From Myxococcaceae bacterium (GTDB lineage Bacteria > Myxococcota > Myxococcia > Myxococcales > Myxococcaceae), in assembly GCA_036675345.1 (NCBI GenBank), contig JAKFFE010000022.1, positions 127,742-191,741 on the forward strand: 64,000 bases of DNA, written 5' to 3'. Shown here one piece after another: positions 9,838-19,416 of this stretch (position 1 is the stretch's first letter; each line of letters starts with the position of its first letter). The position numbers were made by a program, and so were the translations under genes. The notes below the pieces were generated by a model that saw only the letters and a list, made by a program, of their open reading frames with translations, ran no database searches and was not told where the DNA came from.

Positions 9838-10911
9838 CTAGACCTTCTGCTCCGGCGCGCTCTCGGTGGAGGGCGCGGTCTCCGAAGAGGCCAGGGCGCC
9901 ATCGACCGCGGGCTGGGCCGGGACGGCTTCGGCCGCCTCGGCGGCAGCGGCTTCGGCAGCCTTGGCGGCAGCGGCGGCGGAGGCTGCAGCGGCGGCGACG
10001 GCGCGGGCCTCGGCCTCGGCGGTGGCGGCCTCCTCCACCTTGCGGTCGGAGGCGGCGACCTCGTCGGAGGTCAGCTCGGTGCGGCCCGCGACCGAGCCGG
10101 TCTTCTTCTCCAGCTCCTTGATCGCCCGCTGCATCAGGTCCCGCTCCAGCAGGGTGCGGTTCAGCCGCTTCTCCAGCGCCTTGAACTTGTCACGCGCCAG
10201 GTCCAGCTCACCCTTGGCCACGGTGTACACGCGGCCGCTGGTGTCCGCCTTGCCCTTGAGGCGCTTGACCTCGCGCTCCAGCTCGGCGGCGCGGGCGCGG
10301 TCCTTGTTGGACTGGTGCTCCAGCCGGGTCATCTTCTCGCGGTCCGCCTCGCTCAGCTCGCGGATCACGCGCTGGGGCTTCTGGACCTCGACCACCCGGG
10401 CCGCCACCGGGGCGGGCGCGGCGGCGTCCGGGCCAGTGGCCTCGGGCGTGGCGGCGTCGGGGACAGCGACCGGCTGGGGCGCGGCGGCCACCGGGGCGGG
10501 GCGGGGCTCACGGCGGGGACGGCCACCCTGGTCGCGCTCGGCGCGCAGCCGCTGCAGCTCGGTGATGGTGGAGGAGAGCTCGGCGCGGACGTGCTCCAGC
10601 TGCAGCGAGGCGCTGCGCTCCACCTCGGCGCGGGCCTTGACCAGGTCCTGGCCGTCCTTGTCCGACTCCCGCTGGTCGAACAGCTTCTTCTTGGTCTGCT
10701 TGAGCTGGTCCTTCACCTCGGACAGCTGCGCCCGGTGCTCCTCCAGATCGCGCTTGCGCTTCTCCAACTCCCCCTCGGCCAGGGAACGGGCCTTGGACTC
10801 CGCCTCCAGCTGCGCCTGGACGTTCTGGCCGCCCGTCTGGGGGCGGTTGAAGACCAGCAAAGCCACAGCAATGGCGAGAGCGACGGACACCACGATCAAT
10901 GCAACGAGCAC
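9838..10911 (-). CDS. Membrane-anchored coiled-coil protein, Ala-rich C-terminus
   Basis: N-terminal TM MLVALIVVSVALAIAVALLVF, followed by a long heptad-like charged region (EAESKARSLAEGELEKRKRDLEEH...) and an Ala-rich tail. Confidence 0.5.
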   Translation of the reverse strand: MLVALIVVSVALAIAVALLVFNRPQTGGQNVQAQLEAESKARSLAEGELEKRKRDLEEHRAQLSEVKDQLKQTKKKLFDQRESDKDGQDLVKARAEVERSASLQLEHVRAELSSTITELQRLRAERDQGGRPRREPRPAPVAAAPQPVAVPDAATPEATGPDAAAPAPVAARVVEVQKPQRVIRELSEADREKMTRLEHQSNKDRARAAELEREVKRLKGKADTSGRVYTVAKGELDLARDKFKALEKRLNRTLLERDLMQRAIKELEKKTGSVAGRTELTSDEVAASDRKVEEAATAEAEARAVAAAAASAAAAAKAAEAAAAEAAEAVPAQPAVDGALASSETAPSTESAPEQKV

Positions 10912-11012
10912 GACTTCCTCCGGATAAAAAAAGCGGGCGAGAGTGCGCGATCCGCCGGAGGTGAGTCAAGGAAGCGTTCGACCTGGAGCGCAGGTCAAGC
11001 GAGCATTGCCCC

Positions 11013-11489
11013 ATGGGAGCACTGGCCTTCGTCTATCGCTGGGTGGTGGGGACCTGGGTGGGGGCGCTGTTCGCCTTTGGCGCCCTCTTCGCGCCGGCCC
11101 TGTTCCGGGCCATGTCCCCGCCCGAGGCCGGGGCGGTGGTCCGGCAGGTGATCCCCGCACTGGACGCGCTGGGGCTGGGGGCGGCGGCGGTCGCCGTGGC
11201 GGCGGGGTGGCTGCTGGAGGGGGTGGGCTCGCGAAGGGCCCGGGCCCGCCTGGGGTTGCTGGCGCTGGCCGCGGCGCTGGCCGGGGTCAGCGCCGGCTGG
11301 ATCTCCCCCCGGATGGCCAGCTTGAGGGAGCAAGCGGGCGCGGGCATCTCCTCCCTTCCCCGGGAGGATCCGGTGCGCCGCGAGTTCGGCCGGCTGCACG
11401 GCGCCTCCTCCGGGTTGATGCTGCTGGAGTGGCTGCTGGCCTCCGCGGCCCTGGCGTTGGCGCCGGTCCGGAAAGCGCGCCGGGAGTGA
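11013..11489 (+). CDS. Small integral membrane protein (DUF4149-like, 4 TM)
   Basis: 158 aa with four hydrophobic helices. Its stop overlaps the GTG start of the downstream GT39 gene. Confidence 0.5.
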   Translation: MGALAFVYRWVVGTWVGALFAFGALFAPALFRAMSPPEAGAVVRQVIPALDALGLGAAAVAVAAGWLLEGVGSRRARARLGLLALAAALAGVSAGWISPRMASLREQAGAGISSLPREDPVRREFGRLHGASSGLMLLEWLLASAALALAPVRKARRE

Positions 11490-12988
11490 TCAAGCCCAGC
11501 GCAGTGCTGTTGGGAGGGCTGGCGGTGGCGGTGGCGGTGGCAGTGTCCTTCGCCTTCGCCTACTCCGGCACCTCGCTGTGGCTGGACGAGGCCTACAGCG
11601 TGCTGCTGGCCAGGGCCTCCGCCGGGGAGCTGCTGACGCTGCTGAAGGCGGACAACGGACCGCCGCTGTACTACGCGCTGCTCCGGGGCTGGATGGCGCT
11701 GTTCGGGGACGGGGAGCGGGCGGTGCGCGCCCTCTCCGGGGTGGCATACCTGGCCACCGGAGGGGTGCTGTTCGAGGGAGGAAGGCGGCTGTTTCGCAGC
11801 CCGATCGCCGGAGTGCTGGCCGCCACCCTGTTCTGGATCAGCCCGCTGGCGGTCCGGCATGCCTCCAGCGCCCGGATGTACGCCTTGCTGGGCCTGCTCA
11901 CCGCCGGATCAGTGATCCTGTTCCTGGGGTCCACCCGGCCCGGTCAGCCTTCGCGGACCCGTCTGTGGACGGGGGTGGGGTTGAACACCCTGGGACTGCT
12001 GGTGCAGTACTGGTTCCTGTTCGTCCTCTTCGCCCAGGGCGTCAGCTACCTGCTGCTGTGGCGCCGGCGGGCCCGGTGGCCGGTGCTGGTCCCGCTGCTG
12101 GCGCCGCTGGGGCTGTTCGGGGCGCTGTGGGGCTGGGTGCTGATGGCGCAGCTGGGGTCCGGCAGCTCCGCCTGGTTCCAGCCGGTGGACTGGCACGATC
12201 TGGTGGACACCTTCCTGGATTTCTACGGGTCCTGGATCACGGTGGTCGCCTTCGCCTTCTTCGGGTGGATCCTCCTGTTCCGGTGGAGCGGCCGTCCGGT
12301 CCTCCGGACGCGCGAAGAGCTGAAGGTTGTGACCGGTGCAGGCGAGGGAAGGGCACTGCTGCTGATCTGCCTGCTCTCGGTGGGGGTGCCGTGGCTGATC
12401 TCGCACCTCCAGCCGATCTATCTGGTCGGCCGCTACACCCTGATTGCCTTGCCGCCGTTCGCACTCTGGCTGGGAGGAGCACTGGGCCGGGCGGTGCAGC
12501 CCCGGACCGCGGTGGGGCTGCTGCTTCCCCTGCTGGGACTGCGGCTGCTGGCCACCCACGGCGATCAGACGGCCTGGGCCCGGCGCGATCAGCTGGAGTC
12601 CTCGCGGGCCTCGGCGCGGCAACTGCTCACCCAGCTTCCTCCCGACGCCCACCTGCTCTACACCGGGCTGGGCGGGGTCACCCTGGGCTACTACCTGGAG
12701 CGCGGTGGAAGGCCCTGGGCCCAGCACACCTTCCCTTCCGAGCTGACGCTGCACCCCGGTTGGTACGATCCCCGTCGCTTCGCCGAGGCGGCGCTGCGCA
12801 CCGAGGCCGAGGCCCTGGTCCGCTCCCTGCCCCCTTCCGCCCAGCTCTGGCACATCCACGAAGAGGGGGATCCGGCGGCCCGGATCCTGGAAGAGACGTT
12901 GCGACGGGCCCGGGGGCCGGCAGTGGGGGACCAGCCCCTCCCCGGCTCCTTTCACGATCGGGCCGTGATCTACGGCCCGGCCCGGTAG
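11486..12988 (+). CDS. Glycosyltransferase family 39 (ArnT/PMT-like, lipid-carrier-dependent GT-C)
   Basis: Multi-TM N-terminus with YSGTSLWLDEAYSVLLA (DE motif in the first loop), about 11 TM helices and a soluble C-terminal domain. The ORF-track N-terminal extension from 10943 is a GC artefact. Confidence 0.7.
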   Translation: MIKPSAVLLGGLAVAVAVAVSFAFAYSGTSLWLDEAYSVLLARASAGELLTLLKADNGPPLYYALLRGWMALFGDGERAVRALSGVAYLATGGVLFEGGRRLFRSPIAGVLAATLFWISPLAVRHASSARMYALLGLLTAGSVILFLGSTRPGQPSRTRLWTGVGLNTLGLLVQYWFLFVLFAQGVSYLLLWRRRARWPVLVPLLAPLGLFGALWGWVLMAQLGSGSSAWFQPVDWHDLVDTFLDFYGSWITVVAFAFFGWILLFRWSGRPVLRTREELKVVTGAGEGRALLLICLLSVGVPWLISHLQPIYLVGRYTLIALPPFALWLGGALGRAVQPRTAVGLLLPLLGLRLLATHGDQTAWARRDQLESSRASARQLLTQLPPDAHLLYTGLGGVTLGYYLERGGRPWAQHTFPSELTLHPGWYDPRRFAEAALRTEAEALVRSLPPSAQLWHIHEEGDPAARILEETLRRARGPAVGDQPLPGSFHDRAVIYGPAR

Positions 12989-12994
12989 CAGACC

Positions 12995-14275
12995 TCAGCC
13001 CATCGACGGGGTGGTCTGGAAGCCGCGCGGCGCGACCGGCGCCGGTGCCAGCGCAGTGGAGGTCCTCATGCGGGCCACCCGCTCCGCGGCGGAGGCCAGC
13101 CCGAAGAGCACGTAGAAGTGGGGCGAGCTGCCCAGAAAGCCCGCGGAGAGGTTGCAGACCAGATACCCGGCGCTGGCGGCCAGCAGCGCCCGGGCCAGCC
13201 ACCCGGAGTCGGGATCATCGCCTCCCTTCCAGGCCCCCTCCAGGGACGCGCCCAGGAAGGTGAGGAACAGCAGGAAGCCGAAGATCCCCAGCTCGGCCAG
13301 CACCTGGAGGAACACGTTGTGGGCCTCGAAGGCGACCACCGCCTCGTGGGGGGCGTACAGCGGCCAGGCCACCCGGAAGCTGCCGGCACCCACGCCCAAC
13401 AGCGGCTTGTCCAGGCTGATCCGGGAGGCCACCGACCAGGCGTGGACCCGTCCCATCGCCGCGGCGTCGGTGCGGAAGTCGGAGACCGACTCGGTGCGGT
13501 TCCAGAAGGTCTTGGGGGCGAAGATCACCAGGGCGATCACTGCCAGTCCCATCACCGCGAACCGGTTGGCCTTGGCCTTCCTCTCGCTGAGCAGGACCCA
13601 CAGCACCATCGAGAAGGCCAGGCCGATGAAGCTTCCGCGGGAGTGGCTGAACACGATCGCCACCACGCAGAGGACGCCGGCCAGCGCGGCCACGATCTTG
13701 ACCAGCAGCGGCAGCGGCTTGCGCAGCAGGAAGGCCGCGGCGATCGGAACGATGAACTGCAGGCTCATCGACATCCGGTTGGGGTCGGCGTAGGTGCCCA
13801 CCCAGCCAGCGCGGTAGCCCTCCACCAGGTTGATCCCGGCCAGGTAGTAGCTGATCCCGCCGCGGGCGGTGAAGATCGCCCCCACCACCATCGCGAAAGC
13901 CAGCGCCTGCAACCGCTTGGGGGTGGTGACCAGGTTCACGATGGTCAGGTAGATCGCCACGTACTTCACGCAGTCGATCGCCACCAGTTGGGTGTTCTCC
14001 GGGTGCAGCGACCAGGCGCTGGAGGCGGCGGTCCAGGCGGCGAACCCGATCAGCGCCCAACCCCGGATCCCGTCGAAATAGATCGGCTCCCGGCGGCCCA
14101 GTCGGGAGAAGAACATCAGCCCCGAGGCGAGCGAGGAGGTCACCAGCGCGATCCGCAACGGCGCCAGCTCCGGGAACCACTCACCGGGCGCGATGAACAT
14201 CACCGCGGCGAATGTCACCAGGAGGCCAAAGGCCACCTTGTCCCTGCTCTGTTCATTGCCTGCTACCGCGACCAT
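12995..14275 (-). CDS. O-antigen ligase / O-antigen polymerase family membrane protein (WaaL-like)
   Basis: 12-TM protein with the conserved ...HSRGSFIGL... segment and a large periplasmic loop typical of the Wzy_C family. Confidence 0.8.
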   Translation of the reverse strand: MVAVAGNEQSRDKVAFGLLVTFAAVMFIAPGEWFPELAPLRIALVTSSLASGLMFFSRLGRREPIYFDGIRGWALIGFAAWTAASSAWSLHPENTQLVAIDCVKYVAIYLTIVNLVTTPKRLQALAFAMVVGAIFTARGGISYYLAGINLVEGYRAGWVGTYADPNRMSMSLQFIVPIAAAFLLRKPLPLLVKIVAALAGVLCVVAIVFSHSRGSFIGLAFSMVLWVLLSERKAKANRFAVMGLAVIALVIFAPKTFWNRTESVSDFRTDAAAMGRVHAWSVASRISLDKPLLGVGAGSFRVAWPLYAPHEAVVAFEAHNVFLQVLAELGIFGFLLFLTFLGASLEGAWKGGDDPDSGWLARALLAASAGYLVCNLSAGFLGSSPHFYVLFGLASAAERVARMRTSTALAPAPVAPRGFQTTPSMG

Positions 14276-14570
14276 TCCGCCTCCCAGCGACCGACACGCC
14301 CAGTCGTCGACGCGGTGGCTGGAGCACGGCGCATGCCAGCGGAGGTCCGGGGCCCACTCTCAGAGGGAGGGCGCCGCTTGGGAGGGGCGCGGAGCGGGAT
14401 TTCGGACAGTGGACGAGAGGAGCGGGGCGGTGGCTTTTTCAGGGAGGAGGAACCCGCGTGCCTGAAAAGGTTTCAGCCTGGGAAGGACGCTCCTCGCCAC
14501 AGACACAATGGCCGGACGCTCGAGGAGGAGCGCCCGGCCAGGGATCACTGCATGGGTCACGCCGCGGCCT

Positions 14571-14978
14571 CTAGAGGTAGTAGCGGTCGGTGACGTCGGC
14601 GGTCAGCTTGAGGATCGTGGTCCAGCCCACCACCTGATCCACGCTCGCCCGCACGGCCTCCGGGGTGGCGGCCACGGCGGTCAACGAGCCGGTGCATGCG
14701 TAGATCGTGCACAGACCGCTCTCGCGGGCGGCCTGCAGAAGCTGCCTCAAGGTGGGCATGCCCCGGGTCTCGAAGCGCCGCTGGGTGTCGGCGTGCTGCT
14801 CGGGGAAGTCCGGTTCGTCCAGCGCGCCCCGGATCATCCGCTCCAGCGCCCACCAGAAGAGGAACAGATCGGTGTGCCTCCCCAGGGAGGCCGCCGCCAC
14901 CGCGATGGAAAGGCCCTGGTGCATCCGATCGTAATCGCCGGAGTGCAGAAACACGGCGACGGGTCGTACGTCAGTCAT
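14571..14978 (-). CDS. DsrE/DsrF-like (YchN fold) family protein
   Basis: 135 aa. The N-terminal VAVFLHSGDYDRMHQGLSIA and the central CTIYACTGS fit the DsrE/peroxiredoxin-like sulfur-relay fold. Confidence 0.5.
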   Translation of the reverse strand: MTDVRPVAVFLHSGDYDRMHQGLSIAVAAASLGRHTDLFLFWWALERMIRGALDEPDFPEQHADTQRRFETRGMPTLRQLLQAARESGLCTIYACTGSLTAVAATPEAVRASVDQVVGWTTILKLTADVTDRYYL

Positions 14979-15070
14979 TCGAACCGCATCACTACCACTG
15001 ATGTGCCGGGGAGGAGGTCCCTTGCATGCCTGCTCCCGCCGTTGTTAGGAACCCCGCCCGCCTCCCCACC

Positions 15071-16129
15071 ATGCCCGACGACACCACAGCCCGGAGGAAG
15101 GACGCCCATCTGGACCTGTGCGCCACCTCCCAGGTGGAGCCCACCGAGAACAGCACGCTGCTGGAGTGCGTGCACCTGATCCACGACGCGGTCCCGGAGC
15201 TGTCCGCCGACGAGGTGGACCTCTCCTCCCGCCTGTTCGGCAAGCGGCTGGCCTTTCCGCTGATCATCACCGGGATGACCGGGGGCACCGAACGGGCGCA
15301 GCGGGTGAACCGGGACCTGGCCGCGGTGGCGGAGGCGGAAGGGGTGGCCTTCGGGGTGGGCAGCCAGCGCGCGATGAGCGAGGCCCCCTCCCGGGCGGCC
15401 AGCTTCCAGGTCCGGGACGTGGCCCCCAACGCGGTGCTGGTGGGCAACATCGGCCTCTGGCAGGCGCTGCAGCTGGGCGTGGACGGGGTGCGCCGGCTGT
15501 TCGAGGCGATCGGCGCCGACGGGATCGCCCTGCACCTCAACGTGGGCCAGGAGCTGACCCAGCCGGAGGGGGATCGCGACTTCCGGGGCGGCTACGCCAT
15601 GGTCCAGCAGCTGGCCCGGGCCTTTGGAGATCGCTTGCTGGTGAAGGAGACCGGGTGCGGCCTGTCGCCCTCGGTGGCCCGTCGCCTGGCGGAGACAGGG
15701 GTGCGGGCGCTGGACGTCTCCGGGCTGGGCGGCACCTCCTGGGTCCGGGTGGAACAGCTGCGCGCGCAGGGGGTGGCCGCCGAGGTGGGCGCAGCCTTCT
15801 CCGGGTGGGGAATCCCCACTGCGGCGGCGGTGGCCTCGGTGCGCAAGGCGGTGGGGCCCTCGGTGACGGTGATCGCCTCGGGTGGAATCCGCACTGGCCT
15901 GGACGTTGCTAAGTGCCTGGCCATGGGAGCGGACCTGGGAGGAATGGCCCTGCCGCTGTTCCAGGCCCAGCAGGCGGGTGGCCAGGAGGGCGCCCACCAG
16001 GCACTCAAGGCGGTGCTGACCGGGATCCGGCACGCGTTCCTGCTGACCGGGAGCCGCAGTGTCGGGGAGTTGAGGGTCCGCCCGAGGGTGGTCACGGGCG
16101 ATTTGAAGGATTGGCTGGCGGCGCTATAG
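15071..16129 (+). CDS. fni: Isopentenyl-diphosphate delta-isomerase, type 2 (FMN-dependent)
   Basis: KDAHLDL, PLIITGMTGG, GVGSQR and ASGGIRTGLDVAKCLAMGAD are hallmark type-2 IDI motifs. The ATG at 15071 was chosen over the ORF-track start at 15026. Confidence 0.85.
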   Translation: MPDDTTARRKDAHLDLCATSQVEPTENSTLLECVHLIHDAVPELSADEVDLSSRLFGKRLAFPLIITGMTGGTERAQRVNRDLAAVAEAEGVAFGVGSQRAMSEAPSRAASFQVRDVAPNAVLVGNIGLWQALQLGVDGVRRLFEAIGADGIALHLNVGQELTQPEGDRDFRGGYAMVQQLARAFGDRLLVKETGCGLSPSVARRLAETGVRALDVSGLGGTSWVRVEQLRAQGVAAEVGAAFSGWGIPTAAAVASVRKAVGPSVTVIASGGIRTGLDVAKCLAMGADLGGMALPLFQAQQAGGQEGAHQALKAVLTGIRHAFLLTGSRSVGELRVRPRVVTGDLKDWLAAL

Positions 16130-16170
16130 AGACGCCGGCCACAAACGGGCCGGTTGGTAAGGAGCAGTCC

Positions 16171-17496
16171 ATGTCTGAGCAGCTCACCTCGCGGTTGTCC
16201 GGGTTTCACAAGCTCCCCCTGGAGGAGCGCCTCGGTCAGCTGACCCGGATGCTTCAGTTGTCCGAGGAGGACATCCAGAAGCTGCGCGGTGACGGCTCGC
16301 TGACCACCGAGATGGCCAACCTGATGATCGAGAACGCGGTGGGGACGTTTGCCCTCCCGCTGGGCCTCGGGTTGAACATGCAGGTCAACGGGCGCGACTA
16401 CCTGATCCCGATGGCGGTGGAAGAGCCGTCGGTGGTGGCCGCGGTCTCCTTCGCCGCCAAGATCGTCCGCGAGGCCGGCGGGTTCTCCGCCGAGGCGGAC
16501 GACTCGCTGATGATCGGCCAGGTGCAGGTCACCCGCTACGGCGACCCCACCGTGGCCAGCGAGCGGATCCTGGCCCACAAGGAGGAGCTGCTGGCCCTGG
16601 CCAACAGCTTCCACCCGCAGATGGTCCGCCGCGGCGGTGGCGCCAAGGACATCGAGGTCCGGGTGCTGCCCGCCCCCGAGGGTCCCCGGGGCGAGCCGCT
16701 GATGATCGTCCATGTGCTGATCGACACCCAGGAGGCGATGGGCGCGAACCTGATCAACACCATCGCCGAGGGGATCGCTCCGCTGGTGGAGCAGATCACC
16801 GGGGGCAAGGTCTACCTGCGCATCCTCTCCAACCTGGCCGACCGCCGGCTGGCGCGGGCGATGTGCCGGATCCCGGTCCCGCTGCTGGCGGACTTCAACA
16901 TGCAGGGGGACAGCATCGCCGAGGGCATCGCCCAGGCCAGCCGCTTCGCCCACGCGGACCCGTACCGGGCCGCCACCCACAACAAAGGGGTGATGAACGG
17001 GATCGACGCGGTGGCCATCGCCACCGGTCAGGACTGGCGGGCGATCGAGGCCGGCGCCCACGCCTTTGCCTGCCGGGACGGGCAGTACCGCCCGCTCTCC
17101 TCCTGGTACCTGGAGGAGGGACACCTGGTGGGGCGGATCGAGCTGCCGCTGGCGCTGGGCACCGTGGGCGGGCCGATCAAGGTCCACCCGGGGGTGCAGA
17201 CCTCGCTGAAGCTGATGCGCGCAAACACCGTGCGCGAGATGTCGATGGTGTTCGCCGCGGTCGGCCTGGCGCAGAACTTCGCCGCCCTGCGCGCGCTGGG
17301 GTCGATCGGGATCCAGAAGGGCCACATGGCCCTGCACGCCCGCTGCGTGGCGGTCACCGCCGGGGCCCGCGGGGACTGGGTGGAGAAGGTCGCCAATCTG
17401 ATGGTGAAGGCCGGCAGCGTGAAGGTGGAGAAGGCCCGCGAGATCATCGCCGCCTTCCCCGAGGCCGCGCTGCGCCCCACCGGCACCAACGGTTAG
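16171..17496 (+). CDS. mvaA: Hydroxymethylglutaryl-CoA reductase, class II
   Basis: GGAAGGA RBS at -8. ENAVGTFALPLG, DAMGANLINT and GTVGG motifs of class II HMGR (P. mevalonii type). 441 aa. Confidence 0.9.
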   Translation: MSEQLTSRLSGFHKLPLEERLGQLTRMLQLSEEDIQKLRGDGSLTTEMANLMIENAVGTFALPLGLGLNMQVNGRDYLIPMAVEEPSVVAAVSFAAKIVREAGGFSAEADDSLMIGQVQVTRYGDPTVASERILAHKEELLALANSFHPQMVRRGGGAKDIEVRVLPAPEGPRGEPLMIVHVLIDTQEAMGANLINTIAEGIAPLVEQITGGKVYLRILSNLADRRLARAMCRIPVPLLADFNMQGDSIAEGIAQASRFAHADPYRAATHNKGVMNGIDAVAIATGQDWRAIEAGAHAFACRDGQYRPLSSWYLEEGHLVGRIELPLALGTVGGPIKVHPGVQTSLKLMRANTVREMSMVFAAVGLAQNFAALRALGSIGIQKGHMALHARCVAVTAGARGDWVEKVANLMVKAGSVKVEKAREIIAAFPEAALRPTGTNG

Positions 17497-17506
17497 CGCA
17501 GCGACG

Positions 17507-18430
17507 ATGCAGGCTGCGCAGTCCGGGTTCGGTCCAGGCAAGGTCATCCTCCTCGGGGAGCACGCGGTGGTCTACGGCCAGCCCGCGCTGGCCGGGCCGC
17601 TGCAGTGGGGAGTCACCGCCCGGTTCGCGCCGGCCAGGAAGACCTCCCTGGAGGTCCCGGCGGAGTTGGAGGCCGGAGCCTCGCGGTTGCTCAAGCGCGC
17701 GTTCCTTCGGGCGGCGGAGCTGTGTGGCCAGCCGGCGGTGCGGGTCTCGCTGCAAAGTGATCTCCCGGTCTCGGTGGGGCTGGGAAGCTCGGCCGCGGTG
17801 GGGGTGGCCTGCGCCCGGGCGCTGCTGCTGGCCGCCGGGAAGGACGCCTCTCCCCGGCAGGTGGCGCAGATCGCCCTGGAGATGGAGAAGGAGTTCCACG
17901 GCACCCCGTCCGGGGTGGACCACACCACCAGCGCGATGGGGGAGCTGATCCTCTATCGGCGGAAGGCCGGCGCGGTGCTCGGCCAGGCCCGGGTGGTGAA
18001 GAGTCCCCGTCCGGTGCAGGTGGTGATCGCGCTGGCAGGGCAGCGGCGATCCACCAAGGAGACGGTGGCCGGGCTACGTGAGCGGGCCGCGCTGTGGCCC
18101 GACCGCTACCGGCGGCTGTTCGCGGAGATCGGCAAGGTGGCGGTGGAGGGCAGCGCCTCGGTGGAGGCCGGAGATCTGGCCGCGCTGGGCGATGCGATGA
18201 ACGTGAACCATGGGCTGCTGTGCGCGCTCCAGCTCTCTTCGCCGTCGATTGATGCGCTGGTGCATCGGCTGCGGGAGCTGGGCGCGCTGGGCGCCAAGCT
18301 GACCGGCGCGGGCGGAGACGGCGGGGCGGTGATCGGGCTGTTCGAAGATCCCAGGCCGGTGGCCGCCCGGCTGCGCAAGGCAGGACTGGTCTGTCTCCAC
18401 AGCCAGCTGGCAGGACCGGAGGGGCAGTGA
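17507..18430 (+). CDS. mvk: Mevalonate kinase (GHMP kinase)
   Basis: GKVILLGEHAVVYG at the N-terminus. GHMP ATP motif PVSVGLGSSAAV. C-terminal KLTGAGGDGGAVIGL. Confidence 0.85.
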   Translation: MQAAQSGFGPGKVILLGEHAVVYGQPALAGPLQWGVTARFAPARKTSLEVPAELEAGASRLLKRAFLRAAELCGQPAVRVSLQSDLPVSVGLGSSAAVGVACARALLLAAGKDASPRQVAQIALEMEKEFHGTPSGVDHTTSAMGELILYRRKAGAVLGQARVVKSPRPVQVVIALAGQRRSTKETVAGLRERAALWPDRYRRLFAEIGKVAVEGSASVEAGDLAALGDAMNVNHGLLCALQLSSPSIDALVHRLRELGALGAKLTGAGGDGGAVIGLFEDPRPVAARLRKAGLVCLHSQLAGPEGQ

Positions 18431-19416
18431 ACAAGAAGGCCACGGCGATCGCGCATCCGAACATCGCGCTGGTGAAGTACTGGGGGAAGCGCGACGAGGC
18501 GCTGATCCTCCCGCACCAGAGCAGCTTCTCCATGACCCTGGCGCCGCTGGAGGTGAAGGCCACCCTGGCCTTCGGCGCCGAGCGGGACGAGGTCCGGATC
18601 AACGGGAGGCCCGCGCAGGGTTCCGAGCTGACCCGGGTGATCGCTTTGGTGGAGCGGGTCCGGCAGACCACCCCCGGGCTGGGGCCGGTGCGGGTGGTCA
18701 CCCAGGGGAACTTTCCGATGTCCGCCGGTCTGGCCTCCAGCGCGGCGGCCTTCGCGGCGATCGCGGTGGCGATCCGCGCCGCGGCCGGACTGCCCAAGGA
18801 TGCCCGGGAGTCTTCGATCCTGGCCCGGCTGGGTTCGGGGTCCGCCTCCCGAAGCGTGGAGGGTGGGTTCTGCACCTGGCACCGCGGGCAGCGGGCGGAT
18901 GGAGCGGACAGCTTCGCCGAGCAGATCTTCCCCGCCTCCCACTGGCCCCAGCTGCGGATGATGGCAGTGGTGGTCAGCGGCGAGGAGAAGGAGGTCAAGA
19001 GCCGCGACGGGATGCGAGGGACGGTGGAAACCTCTCCGTACTACCCGGCCTGGATCCAGGACGCGGAGGCGGAGGTGCCCCGGGCGATCGAGCTGGTGCG
19101 GCGCAAGGACCTGGAGGCGCTGGGCGCGCTGTGCGAACGCAATGCCTGGCGGATGCACGCCACCTCCATGGCCGCGGATCCGCCGCTCTGCTACCTGAAG
19201 CCGAAGACCTTCCAGCTGATCGAGGCGGTGGCCGCGGAACGGCGCAAGGGGCTGCCGGTGTGGTTCACCCTGGATGCCGGGCCCAATCCGGTGCTGATCA
19301 CCCTGGAAGAGCACCTGGACGCCTGCCAGCGGCTGGCCCAGCAGGTGGGGGCGGAGAACACGGTGCGCTGCAGGCCGGGCGGGGATGCGCGACTGGTGGA
19401 GGAGCACCTGTTCTAG
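18427..19416 (+). CDS. mvaD: Diphosphomevalonate decarboxylase
   Basis: GTG start overlapping the mvk stop (GTGA). NIALVKYWGKRD. GHMP motif SAGLASSAAAFAA. LDAGPN near the C-terminus. Confidence 0.9.
   Translation: MNKKATAIAHPNIALVKYWGKRDEALILPHQSSFSMTLAPLEVKATLAFGAERDEVRINGRPAQGSELTRVIALVERVRQTTPGLGPVRVVTQGNFPMSAGLASSAAAFAAIAVAIRAAAGLPKDARESSILARLGSGSASRSVEGGFCTWHRGQRADGADSFAEQIFPASHWPQLRMMAVVVSGEEKEVKSRDGMRGTVETSPYYPAWIQDAEAEVPRAIELVRRKDLEALGALCERNAWRMHATSMAADPPLCYLKPKTFQLIEAVAAERRKGLPVWFTLDAGPNPVLITLEEHLDACQRLAQQVGAENTVRCRPGGDARLVEEHLF

Noticed and set aside
10943-11485. 181-codon N-terminal extension of the first GT39 gene, and the 561-aa ORF 11578-13263.
   Set aside because: The extension overlaps the DUF4149 gene in another frame and is Gly/Arg-rich. 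The GT39 signature begins at the GTG at 11486, which overlaps the upstream stop.
14193-14574. Short ORFs (90-120 aa, both strands) in the waaL-like / dsrE-like spacer.
   Set aside because: They overlap one another, are Arg/Gly-rich, lack ribosome-binding sites, and show no family resemblance.
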